Assembly: GCA_046293175.1 (NCBI GenBank)
Contig: JBKBPM010000001.1
Coordinates: 593,408 to 657,407, forward strand
DNA from: Minisyncoccia bacterium
GTDB taxonomy: Bacteria > Patescibacteriota > Minisyncoccia > Phycocordibacterales > UBA918
DNA: 64,000 bases
Direction of reading: 5' to 3'
The notes under the pieces were generated by a model. It saw nothing but the letters and a program-made list of their open reading frames with translations, had not been told where the DNA came from and did no database searches. A program made the position numbers and the translations under genes. This document shows, one piece after another, positions 1 to 9,852 of the stretch (position 1 is its first letter; each line of letters starts with the position of its first letter).

Positions 1-2234
1 AGTTGTGTGAGCGCTGCCTCTACATTGTTCTCTTCAAGCAACATCAAAGCCAAGAGGTACCGAGCATTAGCAAACTGAGGATCTAGGGTGATGGCATCTT
101 GAAATGCAGCAACCGCAGCGGCCTTATCACCCTTGGCACGTGCGAGTACGCCAAGTTGGTAATAACGACCTGGATTGGTTGCTTCAATTGAGAGTAGTGA
201 TTTGGTCGTCTTAATTGCCTCATCAAGGTTCCCGGCAGCTACATCAAGCTCAGCGAGCGCACTGAGAGCTTCGGTATAATTTGGTTTTTTCTGAATTGCC
301 TGACCCAGTGCCGCACGTGCACCATCGGTGTTATTTTTACCCGCTTCAAGTAGAGCATTTTGGAAGTCATAATAGGGATTTTGTGGATCACGCTTTGACG
401 CTTCAATATAGTCTGCTTTGGCTCGGTCATAAGCACCTTCTACCTGAAGTCGGGCGAGGAATGCATAGATATCACCCCGGGCTGACCAGTTACGAGCATC
501 ACTACCACGATTATTGATTGCGGCACTAGCGGCTTCAAGTGCGGCAGTGGTAAGCGCATTAAACTGCTCGATATCAGCTGGTGACGGACTGCCCTTAGCG
601 GACAAAGCCACCAGAGCCTGGAGATGGTACTGGGAAAGATCGCGAACATACGCATCATTAGGATACAGATTGTAGGCAGCAACCACAGTACTGGTCACCG
701 CTGCGACCTGGTTATCGTCAGCTGGCATTTCAAGTGCAGAAGCAAATGTTTTGATACTGATGACCTGACGTATGACGTAGTACTCAATTGCTACTCCGAG
801 TACTATCACCATCATCACACCAGCAATAAGCACAAAGCCAGTTCGTGAATCACGTAGTAAGTTAAACGTCGCAGCTGACTTGTCTTGAAGAACTTCATAC
901 GCCACAGCGAAGAGGCCGGTGGCCGCCACACCCAATACCAAGATAACAACTCCAGGTACATAAATAAGTGCTGTTGTCCAAACAAAGGCGGCTACCGTAA
1001 AGCTCACAGTGGCAATAAAGTACCAAAAATGATTGGTTACCACTGGCCGTATGAGCGCTCGTACCCCTTGCCAAAACAAGAGTCCAACAAATACCAACCA
1101 AGCAACACCCCCCAGTACACCACTGGTGACAAACCAGGTTGGAATGTAGCCACTACCAGCATAAAACGGCGTGTTCCAGAATAATGTTGCATTGAGACTT
1201 TGATCTTTGTGCTGCAACCACGCCTCATGGAAATGATTCGGACCAACACCAGTCAACATCCGGTCACTGTATACCCCTTTCATAATGTCTAGCGTCGCGG
1301 AGATAGAAGGACGAACTTCAAGATACGAAACACCGGTCTTGCTACTTACGTAGCCACCCAGCGCCGTACCGCCAACCACAAACACAATCGCCGTCAAACA
1401 GGTAATCCCAAGCGCTGACACAATCAACAGTGAAGTTGGCTGGCTTGTACCAGAGGTAGTATCGATGCGACCTTTGGTGAGGGTGAACATAAAGAGGAGG
1501 AGACTGAAGAAGCCAACCACATACCAAGTCATTGAAAAATTAATCACGCCCAACATCACCAGCGAACACACAATCGCCATCAAAACAAACACCTCAATAA
1601 ATCGTGGCAACGCCAGTTGCAACAACGCAATAAGTCCAACGAGAATCACGATGGTAAAGAAGAGTGCGAGGTCATTAAAGCTCCCCAGGAGTGTTGCCAC
1701 CGGTGAATCAACGAGACCAAATGAGAACACATCGGCACCAAAGATCAGTCGAATGAGGTGAATGATTGCCAGAACAACGGCGGTTACACAGAGACTGCCG
1801 TAGAAAAGAATGACACCGGATTTTGCATCCTTAAATACACCCATCATCGCCATGAGAAGGAGGCTGCCGAGCAAAAAGCCAACGGTGTGTATTTCAATTT
1901 GACTGCCCATAAACGCCACATTTGCCTGTGGTGCCAAAAGACCAGCGACCACGCCGGTAAGTGCTACACCGGCCCAGGCAAGCACGAGGGTTGGTACCCG
2001 AAGAGCAATTGAACCCCGACGCAAGACCGCAAGACTGTAGGTCACCAGTGCTGCTACTACTACCGCGATGGCGAGATGACTTTTGACGGACTGGGTGAGC
2101 ATAGGAAACCCAGGAATAAAGAAGAGAGGTAACAAAGCAACACCTACTATCAAGAGTCCTTGCGTTAGACGACTAAAAAACGTATACATCCGATCAACAG
2201 CAACGGTTTGGGGCGCAAATTGAGTAAAATTCAT
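1..2234 (-). CDS. Large polytopic membrane protein (O-antigen ligase/Wzy-like) with C-terminal TPR region; runs off the window's left edge
   Basis: Not in the ORF track because it is truncated. Spot translation from the ATG at 2234 gives MNFTQFAPQ..., many TM segments, the loop motif EVRPS...LTGVGPNHFHEAWLQHK...FWNTPFYAGSGYIPT, and Ala-rich TPR-like helices near position 1. Confidence 0.75.
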   Translation of the reverse strand, partial: MNFTQFAPQTVAVDRMYTFFSRLTQGLLIVGVALLPLFFIPGFPMLTQSVKSHLAIAVVVAALVTYSLAVLRRGSIALRVPTLVLAWAGVALTGVVAGLLAPQANVAFMGSQIEIHTVGFLLGSLLLMAMMGVFKDAKSGVILFYGSLCVTAVVLAIIHLIRLIFGADVFSFGLVDSPVATLLGSFNDLALFFTIVILVGLIALLQLALPRFIEVFVLMAIVCSLVMLGVINFSMTWYVVGFFSLLLFMFTLTKGRIDTTSGTSQPTSLLIVSALGITCLTAIVFVVGGTALGGYVSSKTGVSYLEVRPSISATLDIMKGVYSDRMLTGVGPNHFHEAWLQHKDQSLNATLFWNTPFYAGSGYIPTWFVTSGVLGGVAWLVFVGLLFWQGVRALIRPVVTNHFWYFIATVSFTVAAFVWTTALIYVPGVVILVLGVAATGLFAVAYEVLQDKSAATFNLLRDSRTGFVLIAGVMMVIVLGVAIEYYVIRQVISIKTFASALEMPADDNQVAAVTSTVVAAYNLYPNDAYVRDLSQYHLQALVALSAKGSPSPADIEQFNALTTAALEAASAAINNRGSDARNWSARGDIYAFLARLQVEGAYDRAKADYIEASKRDPQNPYYDFQNALLEAGKNNTDGARAALGQAIQKKPNYTEALSALAELDVAAGNLDEAIKTTKSLLSIEATNPGRYYQLGVLARAKGDKAAAVAAFQDAITLDPQFANARYLLALMLLEENNVEAALTQ

Positions 2235-2285
2235 AACACAAAACTCCGGTTTTATTACCTCACTTTAATGGAAATATGATACCAC

Positions 2286-2326
2286 AAAAAAATGCCCGGG
2301 CTTGTTTCCAAGTTGGGCATTTTTTT
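2286..2326 (-). terminator. Hairpin terminator downstream of rnpB
   Basis: aaaaaaatgccc...gggcattttttt inverted repeat with A and T tails. Confidence 0.7.
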
Positions 2327-2660
2327 GCACATAAGCCGAATTCTGTCCGAGCCAAAGCTCGGGATGGTCATATACCTGGGATGATTGTTACCAATCACCT
2401 CTTGCGGCTCTTCCTGTATTCGTAAACGATTACGGGACACGGCCTTGCACACACGTAAGGATTTAACCGTTTCACCTCATAGCTTTCACTACAAACTATC
2501 CCCGGGGGGATCTTTTGCACTTTCGCGCAAAAGCGTCTCTGCTCGCACCTCTCGTATTGCTACGGACGGGTATTACCCGCTACGCGTCTCCAAACCTATG
2601 AAGGTTTTGGGTGTGTTCGGACTTTCCTCTGCCTCAATGAGACAGCGACCATCGTGCTTT
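2327..2660 (-). ncRNA. rnpB: RNase P RNA
   Basis: Minus strand has the universal P4 motifs GAGGAAAGTCC (5') and ACAGAATTCGGCTTAT (3'), plus TGAAACGG..AAATCC; about 330 nt. Confidence 0.93.
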
Positions 2661-2674
2661 CATATTATAACACA

Positions 2675-3196
2675 TTAATTATTTTTTTCAATAATTGCCA
2701 TCATATCGAGGTTATCACCTCCCTCAAGACCGAGTTCTGCGAATAAACCTGGCACCGTCTCTATCACATAACGGCTTGGAGTCGGTGGTGTAAATGAATT
2801 CGGGTAAGTGTCTGGGGAAACATTAGTTTCGATATGAGCGATGGTGCCAGTGGCGGTAACCCATATTATATCAATAGGATACTCCATCCCCTTCATCCAA
2901 AATGGCCATCGTTCATCAGTTGCAAACACAAATATTTTGACAATGTCTTTGGGTAAAGCCGATGTATACGAAAGTCCCAGCGCACGCGTTTCATCAGTTG
3001 TAGCCATAGAGGCATAAACAGTCTGCCCACCAAGGGTCCAGGGCAGGAGTGGTTCATAGTAGCTGCGTGGCGTGGTCGTGATTGATTGTACAACCGGCTC
3101 TGCAACGGGAGTAGCTGCTGACTGGTATTGCCACAACAAAACAGCGAGACCTCCGGCAATCAAAATGACCAGTAGAAGTCTAAATGAAACGGGCAT
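2675..3196 (-). CDS. DUF192 family membrane-anchored protein
   Basis: Motifs RALGLS, FWMKGMEYPIDIIW and YVIE; N-terminal TM; start chosen at MPVSF. Confidence 0.8.
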   Translation of the reverse strand: MPVSFRLLLVILIAGGLAVLLWQYQSAATPVAEPVVQSITTTPRSYYEPLLPWTLGGQTVYASMATTDETRALGLSYTSALPKDIVKIFVFATDERWPFWMKGMEYPIDIIWVTATGTIAHIETNVSPDTYPNSFTPPTPSRYVIETVPGLFAELGLEGGDNLDMMAIIEKNN

Positions 3197-3584
3197 ACAG
3201 TAGGTATGTGACCACCGATACTGACATGCCAAGTACCGTACCCCAGGCCATATCGACGAGCGTTATTGACAGTGGCCAATCACGTAAGGTAGCGAGATTC
3301 GTGAGATCATACGTTGCATAGGTAAAGAATCCGAAGAGGGCGCCGTAGATAAGTGCGTATTGCCACTCACCTTTTACTACCGCTGGGTAAATTGCAAACA
3401 TAACCAGACCAACAAGGAACACGAGATAAAAAATAATTGCTGCTGTCCAATTAATATCCCCCATGATGTAGCCGAGTTTTTCTTTGTAAAAATTACTCGC
3501 CACCAACCCAAGCCAGACCATATCAATCGTAAAAAAGATTGGGACCGATATAAGGTATAACGTCAAAAATTGGCTGATATTCAT
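3180..3584 (-). CDS. DUF2177 family membrane protein
   Basis: IDMVWLG...AAIIFY...GALFGFFTYATYDLTNLATLRDW...DMAWG pattern. Confidence 0.85.
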   Translation of the reverse strand: MNISQFLTLYLISVPIFFTIDMVWLGLVASNFYKEKLGYIMGDINWTAAIIFYLVFLVGLVMFAIYPAVVKGEWQYALIYGALFGFFTYATYDLTNLATLRDWPLSITLVDMAWGTVLGMSVSVVTYLLYARFI

Positions 3585-3600
3585 ATACCTCTATCATATC

Positions 3601-3637
3601 ACAACTGACCGGCGAACTATGTTCGCCGGTCAGTTGT
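3601..3637. terminator. Perfect 17-bp inverted repeat, likely terminator of the SPFH gene
   Basis: acaactgaccggcgaac-tat-gttcgccggtcagttgt. Confidence 0.65.
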
Positions 3638-3646
3638 TGATTATTT

Positions 3647-4525
3647 TTATTTACCGCGATGTTGTACTGATTCAAGGAGTGCTGCCATACCTGCCAAATC
3701 TTTGTTGGCACCAGCATCAAGAATAATGGTGTTGCCATGAGCGGCTGCACTCGTAATCGTATCAAGGCGGTTGGTATCAGAGAGTAACTGAATCGATTGT
3801 TCAGTGGTAAGTCCAGCGTTTTGCATGGTACGCATTGCTTCCTCAAGGCCGCGGGCAATTGCTTCACGCATCTGGGCCATCCCCTCACCTTGGAGCTTCT
3901 TACTCTCCGCTTCAGCTTGGGCGGCACCGACGAGCTTGATACGCTGCGCTTCAGCTTCGTTACGAGCTGCTTCCATGAGGCGCTTACTTGCAATCACTTG
4001 ATTAAAGGCATCTCGAACTTCGGTACTCGGTTGTGGTTCATCAACGAGGACGTTTTCGATAATGTACCCAAAACGAGCAAACTGCGCCGACAGAGCTGAC
4101 TGCACCTCTTGCTCAACCGCATCACGATTGGCATAGAGGTCGGTCATCTCCATACCTGAGGCAGTCTGCCGTACATTGTTAAGGACGTAAGAAGCAATCT
4201 GCTTTTCTGGCGCCTCGAGTTCGTAGTGTGCCTTCACTGCACCAACTGCGTCATCACTCGCCCGGTACTGCACTTTAACGGGTAAGGTCATAAACGCATT
4301 GTCACTTGTCTTCACTGATACGTCGGCGTGAATTTCCTGAATCTGCAAGTTAACCCGCGCCACCACAACCGTAATCGGCCATGGCAGTTTCGCGTGGAGT
4401 CCTGGAAATACCGCCGCCTTGTGTGGTCGGCCAAAGGTTTCAAGAATGGCAGCGGTTTTTCCACGAACGATGAAGAGAATCGACGGTAAAAGGAGCAAGA
4501 GAACAATGAGCAAAATCCAGAACAT
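3647..4525 (-). CDS. SPFH/Band 7 (stomatin/HIR-like) protein
   Basis: N-terminal TM, ETFG...PGLH, KTSDNAF, and a C-terminal AEAE coiled coil. Confidence 0.9.
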   Translation of the reverse strand: MFWILLIVLLLLLPSILFIVRGKTAAILETFGRPHKAAVFPGLHAKLPWPITVVVARVNLQIQEIHADVSVKTSDNAFMTLPVKVQYRASDDAVGAVKAHYELEAPEKQIASYVLNNVRQTASGMEMTDLYANRDAVEQEVQSALSAQFARFGYIIENVLVDEPQPSTEVRDAFNQVIASKRLMEAARNEAEAQRIKLVGAAQAEAESKKLQGEGMAQMREAIARGLEEAMRTMQNAGLTTEQSIQLLSDTNRLDTITSAAAHGNTIILDAGANKDLAGMAALLESVQHRGK

Positions 4526-4598
4526 ATAGTTTATGACTACTGCTAATACTGTCTAGCATAGCGGAAAACTACCCTGGTGACCAGAGTAGCTTTCATAG

Positions 4599-5429
4599 CT
4601 AATGTATCAATACAGCATCGTGATGCTCTTCCCCAAGCTCATCATGCTCACCCTCACCATGGACATGCTCCCCTTTGATGGCAAAAGCTACCAGCGACAT
4701 CACCGCAAGGCCCACAACAAGGACGAGGAGATGTTTCGCAAATCCAGCACTGTCGGCATGGTGGTGTGGTTTTGGAATCAGGTCATGGAATACCACATGA
4801 AGGAAAAAACCAGCCGCCAGAGCGAGTAAGAGCACTTCAAGATCATGATTTACGACAGCGAGGTAGCTGAGTCCAATACCAATGAAGATGGTGCTCGAAA
4901 CAAGGAAGTTTATGACAAGGGCTCGTTTTGTGCTATACCCTGCCTGCCGAAGCACAAAGAATTCTGAAACTTCTTGCAGTGCCTCATGAATGAGGATTGA
5001 TACGGTCACCGACATACCAAGCGCCGGTGACACAATAAAAGCCGGAACCATAATAATCCCATCAGCCACATTGTGTACTGCGTCACCGACAATCAATTTT
5101 CGAGCACTCTGTTTATTGCCGTGACGATGATCATGATCACAGTCTGGATCGTGGTGTTGATGGGTCTCGGGGATGAGGTACTCAAGTCCCCACGCCAAAA
5201 GATACCCAACCGCAATGAGGACTACCGCCATGAGGGCGGTATCAGCGAGTTCAAATACCTCAAGCGCGAGTGCACCCGATGTAACCAAAAATACCCCAGC
5301 CGAAAATGATACAAGATACGACAGTTTTTCCTCCAAAAACTTGGCAGCAACTTTATGAGTAAATAAAACCCCAGTTAGTGACGCGAGCATCACCATTCCT
5401 CCTGCGACGATAATTGATATAAATTCCAT
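4599..5429 (-). CDS. ZIP family zinc transporter
   Basis: His-rich loop and ZIP signature GDAVHNVADG...HEALQEVSEF. Confidence 0.9.
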   Translation of the reverse strand: MEFISIIVAGGMVMLASLTGVLFTHKVAAKFLEEKLSYLVSFSAGVFLVTSGALALEVFELADTALMAVVLIAVGYLLAWGLEYLIPETHQHHDPDCDHDHRHGNKQSARKLIVGDAVHNVADGIIMVPAFIVSPALGMSVTVSILIHEALQEVSEFFVLRQAGYSTKRALVINFLVSSTIFIGIGLSYLAVVNHDLEVLLLALAAGFFLHVVFHDLIPKPHHHADSAGFAKHLLVLVVGLAVMSLVAFAIKGEHVHGEGEHDELGEEHHDAVLIH

Positions 5430-5431
5430 AT

Positions 5432-5497
5432 TAATGCAAATTACTTGTATTAACTAGAATAACAAAACATCGCTCATAATGCAATATATTTGCATTA
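5432..5497. promoter_or_regulatory. Two Fur/Zur-type operator boxes in the divergent ZIP-zur promoter region
   Basis: TAATGCAA-N5-TTGCATTA (5477-5497, perfect) and TAATGCAA-N5-TTGTATTA (5432-5452, one mismatch). Confidence 0.75.
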
Positions 5498-5525
5498 ATG
5501 ACATGAGATGCGCTATACTTTACGT

Positions 5526-5891
5526 ATGCAAAAGCGATTTAGTCAAAAGCGTGAAGACATTCGTCAATACCTTAATGATACCCCCGGTGCGGTTTCGGCA
5601 GCCGCGATTCACCACGCCCTTCCCCATATCAATCTTACGACGATATACCGTAACCTTGATCTATTTGTTGCCGAAGGTGACGTCAAAAAAATCACTCTCG
5701 GGGGTGAAGCGCTTTATGAATACCAACCGCACCCGCACCATCACGCGGTTTGTGACGAGTGTCATAGCGTCATTCACTTCACTGCCCCCGATGAAAAAAT
5801 CAAACAATTGCTCGGCCTGCAAGATTTCACGATTAGCAATCTTGAGTTAACGGTACATGGTATTTGTAACCATAAGCTCGCCAAAAAATAA
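5526..5891 (+). CDS. Fur-family transcriptional regulator, probably Zur
   Basis: TTIYRNL helix, HHHAVCDEC and a C-terminal GIC; divergent from the ZIP transporter. Confidence 0.88.
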   Translation: MQKRFSQKREDIRQYLNDTPGAVSAAAIHHALPHINLTTIYRNLDLFVAEGDVKKITLGGEALYEYQPHPHHHAVCDECHSVIHFTAPDEKIKQLLGLQDFTISNLELTVHGICNHKLAKK

Positions 5892-6130
5892 GTATGTGTT
5901 ACGCGTGCGGTCTTCCAACTACCCATATTAGTTTCTGGCAGACAGTCAGTCTCACGAGTCTTCTCATGTCTGGTGTACTGAGTTTTTTGTGGGTGTATAT
6001 AATACTCAGTCGAGCGTACTTAAAAAACAAAATCCGCTCCTTGCTTGATAAGATTTTTCCATCAAATAAGTAGCTTCAAAAGATACTAACCAAATTCGCC
6101 ATGTCGCACTACGCGCATCGGTGGCTCATT

Positions 6131-7381
6131 TCAGGTCAGAATCAATGTCCCCAACCCCAGGAGGCAGGCAAATCCTAGTACATCAGTAGCTGTCGATATA
6201 AACACCATTGAAGGAGTAGCGGGGTCATAGCCGAAGTGCTTGATGACAAGTGGTACCAAAGCACCAAAAAATCCGGCAACGAGATGAACCATTACCATAG
6301 AGAGACCAACCACGAGACCAAGCAGCCACGAACCATTCCACAAAAGTGACACCGCAGCAACAATAAGCCCAATGACCGCGCCACTATAGAAACTACCAAT
6401 TAATTCGCGTTTAACAGCTGGCCAGGCATTTTCGAGCGATATGATACCAAGTGTAATACCACGCATGGTCACAGCGAAGGTTTGACTTGAAGCATTGCCA
6501 CCCATCCCAGCGACAATCGGCATATACACAGCGAGTAATGCTAACTTATCTATCGTGTCATTAAAGGCTAACACGACACCGCCAGCCATGAAGGCTGTCA
6601 TGAGGTTCACAACCAGCCATGGAATACGGTTTTTGAACTTCATGACAGCAGTATCAAATGGCCGCTCACTACTGACGACTCCCGTAAAGGAATAGAGGGA
6701 TTCAGCCGGCATATGCCCAAAGAGATCAAGAGCATCATCGGCATAGATAATTCCGAGCACACTCTCATCATTATCAAGCACGACCACCTTTCGCTTGCCC
6801 GATCCAGTGAGTGCACTAATGATGTCGCCAACTTCAGCCTGGTAGGAAATAGTGGTAACCGGCAGGATAAATTTACTTAAGGTCAAATTACTTCGCTCTT
6901 TCACCAAAACTCCGAGTGGTACTTCACCTTTTAATATGCCGGCATCATGAACGAGAATTTCGGGGAATTTACCCGTTTCTTCATAATGCATTTCCATGAT
7001 ATCCCCCGCTTCAGCAATGGTGGTCGACTCTGGAACAAAGACGTAGTTGAAATGCACTAACGAAAACGAAGCCTTAGGATGAAAGCGCAAAAAGAATTCG
7101 ACTTTGTCTTTGATATCAGCCTTGAGTGCTCCGACAATTTTCTCACGACGTTTCTGATCTTTGATACGCATGACAAGACGCTGTGCCGCTTGTAAGTCCA
7201 TATGGTCGAGAATATCAACCACCTCACGATCAGTTAATTCTCGAAGTACCTGCTGCTGCACATACGCCGAAACCGATTGCAAAATAACACTTTGCTCACC
7301 GATTGAGAGACTTCGCAAAAGCGCTACACGCTCTTCTGGACGGTAGGTTACCTGTTTGGCGTATGTCGCTACCTCAGTCAT
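6131..7381 (-). CDS. mgtE: MgtE-family magnesium transporter
   Basis: CBS-like region, RIPWLVVNL, PIVAGMGGNASSQT and DPA...STATDVLG. Confidence 0.9.
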   Translation of the reverse strand: MTEVATYAKQVTYRPEERVALLRSLSIGEQSVILQSVSAYVQQQVLRELTDREVVDILDHMDLQAAQRLVMRIKDQKRREKIVGALKADIKDKVEFFLRFHPKASFSLVHFNYVFVPESTTIAEAGDIMEMHYEETGKFPEILVHDAGILKGEVPLGVLVKERSNLTLSKFILPVTTISYQAEVGDIISALTGSGKRKVVVLDNDESVLGIIYADDALDLFGHMPAESLYSFTGVVSSERPFDTAVMKFKNRIPWLVVNLMTAFMAGGVVLAFNDTIDKLALLAVYMPIVAGMGGNASSQTFAVTMRGITLGIISLENAWPAVKRELIGSFYSGAVIGLIVAAVSLLWNGSWLLGLVVGLSMVMVHLVAGFFGALVPLVIKHFGYDPATPSMVFISTATDVLGFACLLGLGTLILT

Positions 7382-7389
7382 GTGTGTGG

Positions 7390-8313
7390 TTAGATAAGCA
7401 CCTCAACTTCCGCATCTTTCTTGAGTGTATCAATGTACTCACTAATAAGCTCTTGTTGCTTACCGTAACGAATTTCTTGTTCTACTTGTGCTCGCACTTC
7501 TTCAAGTGGTGGTACTTGGACCTCTGGATTACTGGTAACACTCTTGTAAAAGGCATCAACCTCTTCTTTGGTTACCTCAATTTTAGACAGGTCAATCGTA
7601 GCATCAAGATGTGTCTGGATGAGTATTTCATCTTCGATATCTTGCATCAGACCATCTTTGGTGATGTTGAGTTCTGCCATACGGCTCGCGAGAGCTTCTT
7701 CCCCACCCTGTGCGTCAACAATACCTTGGTACCGTGAAGTGATTTGTTCATCAGTGACGACAATACCGGCATTGCGCGCCGCCTGCTTCAAAAGCGCACT
7801 GTTTACGAGCACATCAATGGTCTGCTTTTTGATTTGTTCAGTGGTAGCTGGATCGGTAACATTGGCCCCTTGTGAGGCTGCTTGCAACGAGAGTTGTTCG
7901 TAGTTTTTTTGATACAAAGACTGTGGGATTTTTTCTCCATTTACCTTTACCGCAGCTGGTTCTAGTCTCACCAATGAAGTGATTTTATCAAATACGCCAG
8001 TCTCCACTCGTCCTTGCTTTTCGAGCAGGTACCACAAGACACCACCCATAATCGCAACGATAAAAAAGGCAATACCGTACTGCTTTAACACAAGACTGCG
8101 GGTGACTGCTACAGCAGCGGTTGGAGCAGCTCCGGCAGCAGACATTACTGGTGGATTGGTGGACACACTGGTATCAGTAGACACAGTAACTGGAGTCGCT
8201 TCAGGTGAAGAAACAGTCTCAGTTGTCGCAACAGTGGTTTCTGTAGTAGAAATAGTCTTTGTAGAATCAGCCGATGTTGGCTGTGGCGTAGACGTGTTCG
8301 TAGGTTCTTGCAT
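7390..8313 (-). CDS. SurA/PrsA N-terminal-domain chaperone, membrane anchored
   Basis: Thr/Pro-rich N-terminus, one TM, VKVNGEKI...LVNSALLKQAA. Confidence 0.75.
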   Translation of the reverse strand: MQEPTNTSTPQPTSADSTKTISTTETTVATTETVSSPEATPVTVSTDTSVSTNPPVMSAAGAAPTAAVAVTRSLVLKQYGIAFFIVAIMGGVLWYLLEKQGRVETGVFDKITSLVRLEPAAVKVNGEKIPQSLYQKNYEQLSLQAASQGANVTDPATTEQIKKQTIDVLVNSALLKQAARNAGIVVTDEQITSRYQGIVDAQGGEEALASRMAELNITKDGLMQDIEDEILIQTHLDATIDLSKIEVTKEEVDAFYKSVTSNPEVQVPPLEEVRAQVEQEIRYGKQQELISEYIDTLKKDAEVEVLI

Positions 8314-8394
8314 AGTCTAATGTAACAAACAAATAAGCGTGATCACGGAAGGCGCTTCGCCTTTGTAATAACGCCGTTAGTATACCACAGGTTT

Positions 8395-9153
8395 TTATGA
8401 AGGTTGTAGTGCTCTCCCATGTTCTGAACTCCATGCATACATCACAATCGCTGCTGAGGCAGCCGCATTGAGGGATTCGCAACGGGGATGCATTGGAATA
8501 GACAAAAGCGTATCACAGGCCTCACGTGTCTTTTGGCGAAGACCGTACCCTTCATTGCCAAGCACAAATACCGACGGCTTCGTAAAACGTTCAGTTGGAA
8601 GTGGTACTGACCCGGCTTCTCCAGCTAGTCCATAGACCCAAGCGCCCCGTTTTTTGAGGTCAGTCAGTGTCGCATTTACATTACGGATTTCAACAATTGG
8701 GATACGAAAAGCCATACCCGCCGAAACCTTCACGACAGTACCTGTGAGCGGCGCTTGATTGTGTGGAGGAATCATGACCGCAGCAAAACCACACGCGGCA
8801 GCGGAGCGGATGACCGCACCCACATTATGAGGATCCTGCACTTCACCAAGCACGAGAATAGCGGTATCTGGAGTTAAAGTAATCGAGTCCATAAAACGCT
8901 TGTACTCCGTCAAAAGTCCCGCTACGTACACACCGGCAATCACCCCTTGGTGTACCGCATCATTGCGCAAGCCTCCTGGCAAACGTTTTTCATTAAGAAG
9001 CTTTGGCGCCACTTTTGCCCGATCAAATTTGGCGAGCAATTTGGCATCACGAAAATCTGCCGCCACATAGAGTTCAGAAACTAAATCAGGACGGAAACTG
9101 AGGGCCTCATCAATGGCGTGTTTTCCGTAGATATAAACGAGTTCTTTTTGCAT
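8395..9153 (-). CDS. rlmB: TrmH/SpoU family 23S rRNA methyltransferase (RlmB-like)
   Basis: YGKHA, HQGV, VQDPHNVGAVIRSA, GNEGYG and ESLNA SPOUT motifs. Confidence 0.85.
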   Translation of the reverse strand: MQKELVYIYGKHAIDEALSFRPDLVSELYVAADFRDAKLLAKFDRAKVAPKLLNEKRLPGGLRNDAVHQGVIAGVYVAGLLTEYKRFMDSITLTPDTAILVLGEVQDPHNVGAVIRSAAACGFAAVMIPPHNQAPLTGTVVKVSAGMAFRIPIVEIRNVNATLTDLKKRGAWVYGLAGEAGSVPLPTERFTKPSVFVLGNEGYGLRQKTREACDTLLSIPMHPRCESLNAAASAAIVMYAWSSEHGRALQPS

Positions 9154-9336
9154 GAGATACCGTCACGATTAATGCTTTCATATTAACATCTTCCAAGATT
9201 TTGAGCGAAAAACATTTCTGGAGTTCGAGTCATATCGTAATATGACGAGAACGAAGCGATGTTTTGCAGCCAAAGGCTTGGATGATATGTGGAATGATTG
9301 ATCGTGACAGTATCGGCTAGCCTATCACAGTCGGGA

Positions 9337-9786
9337 CTATAGGCAAGTCATCGCTTTCATGCCTTCGACCACTGTTGGCGAGTCACCAGCTTTGATGGCA
9401 GCCACTCGCGTCTCGCCGATTGCCGTCACAAAACAAGCTTCTAGTTCGGGTGTGAGCGCTTCCGGTAGTTTTGCCTCATCGATACCAAGCATCGAAAGAG
9501 TGCGACGCTGTTCAGGCGACAACCAATCTTGCCTACTAGAGGCTGGCGCTGCGGCCGGCAACTCATTTGTTACTATTGATTCACCTCCATCAGGCACGAG
9601 CGAGCCCACTACATCAATACCCGCTTCTGTAGCAGAGTCAGTTATCTCACCAGCAAAATTAATTACTTCAGACCGTGACGGCATGGCCATGTATACCCGA
9701 ATCATGTTCACAATAACAAGCACAATTGCCCCTACTCCTAGAAACAAAATAACTCCTGCTAGTACAGAATGTTTTTTTGATGGCAT
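9337..9786 (-). CDS. Hypothetical membrane-anchored protein
   Basis: One N-terminal TM and a C-terminal Cys pair; fills the gap between genes. Confidence 0.6.
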   Translation of the reverse strand: MPSKKHSVLAGVILFLGVGAIVLVIVNMIRVYMAMPSRSEVINFAGEITDSATEAGIDVVGSLVPDGGESIVTNELPAAAPASSRQDWLSPEQRRTLSMLGIDEAKLPEALTPELEACFVTAIGETRVAAIKAGDSPTVVEGMKAMTCL

Positions 9787-9852
9787 GTAATCCCTAGTAT
9801 ACCAGAAATAAGAATAACGCATCTGGTATTATATGTATGTAATTGCTGCCGT

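Noticed and set aside
239-2012. Many short ORFs on both strands
   Set aside because: They are shadows of the single long minus-strand membrane/TPR gene truncated by the window edge.
2255-2678. Short ORFs at 2255-2452 and 2385-2678
   Set aside because: They overlap the RNase P RNA gene.
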